A stretch of DNA of 38,960 bases from contig JAYPOA010000006.1 in assembly GCA_038130705.1 (NCBI GenBank), positions 1 to 38,960 on the forward strand. The letters are read 5' to 3'. Shown piece after piece: positions 37,318 through 38,960 of the stretch. The notes under the pieces were generated by a model. That model had not been told where the DNA came from. It worked only from the letters and a program-made list of their open reading frames with translations, and ran no database searches. Made by a program: the position numbers and the translations under genes. The DNA comes from Methanobacteriota archaeon (GTDB taxonomy: Archaea > Thermoplasmatota > Poseidoniia > Poseidoniales > Poseidoniaceae). Position 1 is the stretch's first letter. Each line of letters starts with the position of its first letter.

Positions 37318-38490
37318 ATGCGATTCGAGGAGACAGATGAACAGCAGATGGTTCGCGAGATGGTCAGAGATTTTGCAGAGTCAGTTTTGACTCAAACAGT
37401 CGAACACAGGGATGCAAATCAGATACCTCCTTCTGATGAATGGGAGCAGTTCTTGGATTATGGTTTACAGGGAGTAACCATTCCAGAAGAGTATGGTGGG
37501 AATCCACTGGATGATATTTCTGAATCAATAATTGTAGAAGAATTAGCAAGAGTTGACCCATCATTCGCCGTTATGTTTTGTGTCCACGTCGGATTATGCG
37601 CTAAAACTATCGCACTACACGGAAATGAAGAACAGAAACAAAAGTACCTCTCAAGGCTCGCAGCAGGAGAAGTAGGTGCCTACTCACTTTCAGAGGCGGG
37701 CGCTGGTACAGACGCAGCAGCCATGGTCTGTAAAGCAAAACTGTCAGATGATGGATCACACTACATCTTGAATGGTGAAAAGATGTGGGTCACAAATGGT
37801 GCACAAGCCCAGATCTATGTCCTGTTTGCAAAAGATGTTGACCACCCCGATTATGGAGTGAAAAAGCATGGAGGGACGACAGCGTTCATAGTAGAGCAAT
37901 CATTTGATGGATTCACTGTGGGCAAGAAAGAAGACAAACTTGGAATAAGGTCTTCAGATACCTGTACTCTAATTCTCGAGAATTGTAAAGTTCCCGTAGA
38001 AAACGTACTGAAAGGAAGTGGCAAAGGGTTCGCAATCGCAATGAATGCTCTTGATAACTCAAGGATTGGCATAGCTGCACAAGGGCTTGGAATTGCCCAA
38101 GGAGCTTACGAAGCGGCTTTGAAGTACTCACATGAAAGGGAAGCATTCGGTAAGCCAATCGCTCATCACCAAATGATTACAGCGTACTTGGCAGACATGG
38201 CTACAAAAATTGACGCTGCCCGATTATTGGTATACAAAGCGTCATGGGCAAAACAAGAGCATTACGAGAACGGTGGGCCAAGGCATACAAAGGAAGCAAG
38301 CATGGCAAAGCTGTATGCTGGCGATACAGCAATGTGGGTTTCTGAGAGAGCAATCCAGGTATTAGGAGGATATGGTTACACTAAGGAGTTCCCTGTAGAG
38401 AGATTCTTCAGAGACGCAAAGATAACACAAATCTATGAAGGAACACAAGAAGTGCAAAGAATCGTTATCGCAAGGGCCATACAGCCTTAG
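37318..38490 (+). CDS. Acyl-CoA dehydrogenase (short/branched-chain, butyryl-CoA-like)
   Basis: SLSEAGAGTD, LNGEKMWVTNG, KLGIRSSDT, RIGIAAQ, QVLGGYGY and IYEGTQEVQ. Confidence 0.95.
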   Translation: MRFEETDEQQMVREMVRDFAESVLTQTVEHRDANQIPPSDEWEQFLDYGLQGVTIPEEYGGNPLDDISESIIVEELARVDPSFAVMFCVHVGLCAKTIALHGNEEQKQKYLSRLAAGEVGAYSLSEAGAGTDAAAMVCKAKLSDDGSHYILNGEKMWVTNGAQAQIYVLFAKDVDHPDYGVKKHGGTTAFIVEQSFDGFTVGKKEDKLGIRSSDTCTLILENCKVPVENVLKGSGKGFAIAMNALDNSRIGIAAQGLGIAQGAYEAALKYSHEREAFGKPIAHHQMITAYLADMATKIDAARLLVYKASWAKQEHYENGGPRHTKEASMAKLYAGDTAMWVSERAIQVLGGYGYTKEFPVERFFRDAKITQIYEGTQEVQRIVIARAIQP

Positions 38491-38508
38491 AAACAAACTA
38501 AAATTAGA

Positions 38509-38960
38509 CTACTGCTCATCAATTACAGATTTAGCAATTTGACGAATATCTGCGTCATATTGAGTGAATTCCGGCATTTCCATTGGGTCAATACCATGAA
38601 CTGCGTGAAGCCAAATCAGTGTCCCAGTATCGACGAGAATGTCTCCCGCATGCCCCTTGTCATCGGTGAAGAGTGAGGTCGCCCTTGGCCCCTGAAGCCG
38701 CTCCACGTCTCCATCAAGATCTCCTGCTTCGAACATTTCTCGCATCTCATAAGCAAGGGCGCCATGATGGAAGGTGAAAACATCTGTACCGGGATAATCT
38801 GCACTTAGATCGTCGGAAAGGTTGCCCCAATACGGATAAAGGTCGAGCGTTGAATTGGTTGCATACTCGCTCGCATTTTCGTATTCACCTGGGAAATCCT
38901 TCCACGGCATGGCCAAACCGATGCGTACGTTAGGATTCTTCTCAACAGCGTAATCTGTGA
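38509..38960 (-). CDS. Hypothetical protein, 5'-truncated by the window edge
   Basis: The frame stays open from the window end (TDYAVEKNPNVRIGLAMPW...) to the stop at 38509; acidic composition; converges on the acyl-CoA dehydrogenase. Confidence 0.7.
   Translation of the reverse strand, partial: TDYAVEKNPNVRIGLAMPWKDFPGEYENASEYATNSTLDLYPYWGNLSDDLSADYPGTDVFTFHHGALAYEMREMFEAGDLDGDVERLQGPRATSLFTDDKGHAGDILVDTGTLIWLHAVHGIDPMEMPEFTQYDADIRQIAKSVIDEQ

Overview
Gene-dense, roughly 40% GC (by eye) archaeal chromosomal segment. Gene content and order (A1Ao ATP synthase H-I-K-E-C-F-A-B-D, smc-scpA-scpB, class II HMG-CoA reductase, cdc6-rps6e-aIF2gamma-PIN, dph2, GGAGG/GGTGA ribosome-binding sites) fit Thermoplasmatota. 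The large acidic secreted proteins suggest Marine Group II/Poseidoniales (inference). The window starts inside a minus-strand tRNA-Ser(GCT) and ends inside a hypothetical gene. No mobile element or CRISPR array was seen. Four loci deserve most attention. (1) A 207-bp intergenic region (29103-29309) holds helically phased TAACGC/GCGTTA repeats and palindromes. It sits directly upstream of an operon encoding a catalytically degenerate AAA+/winged-helix protein, a beta-propeller-like protein and DUF357, about 1.3 kb from smc-scpAB. (2) A pilin-like/lamin-tail protein is followed by three KaiC/RAD55-like proteins, one intact and two degenerate, and lies divergent from a large surface protein. (3) A site-2-protease homolog has lost its zinc ligands and carries a large extracellular domain. 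(4) A GcvH-like protein lacking the lipoyl-lysine abuts dph2.
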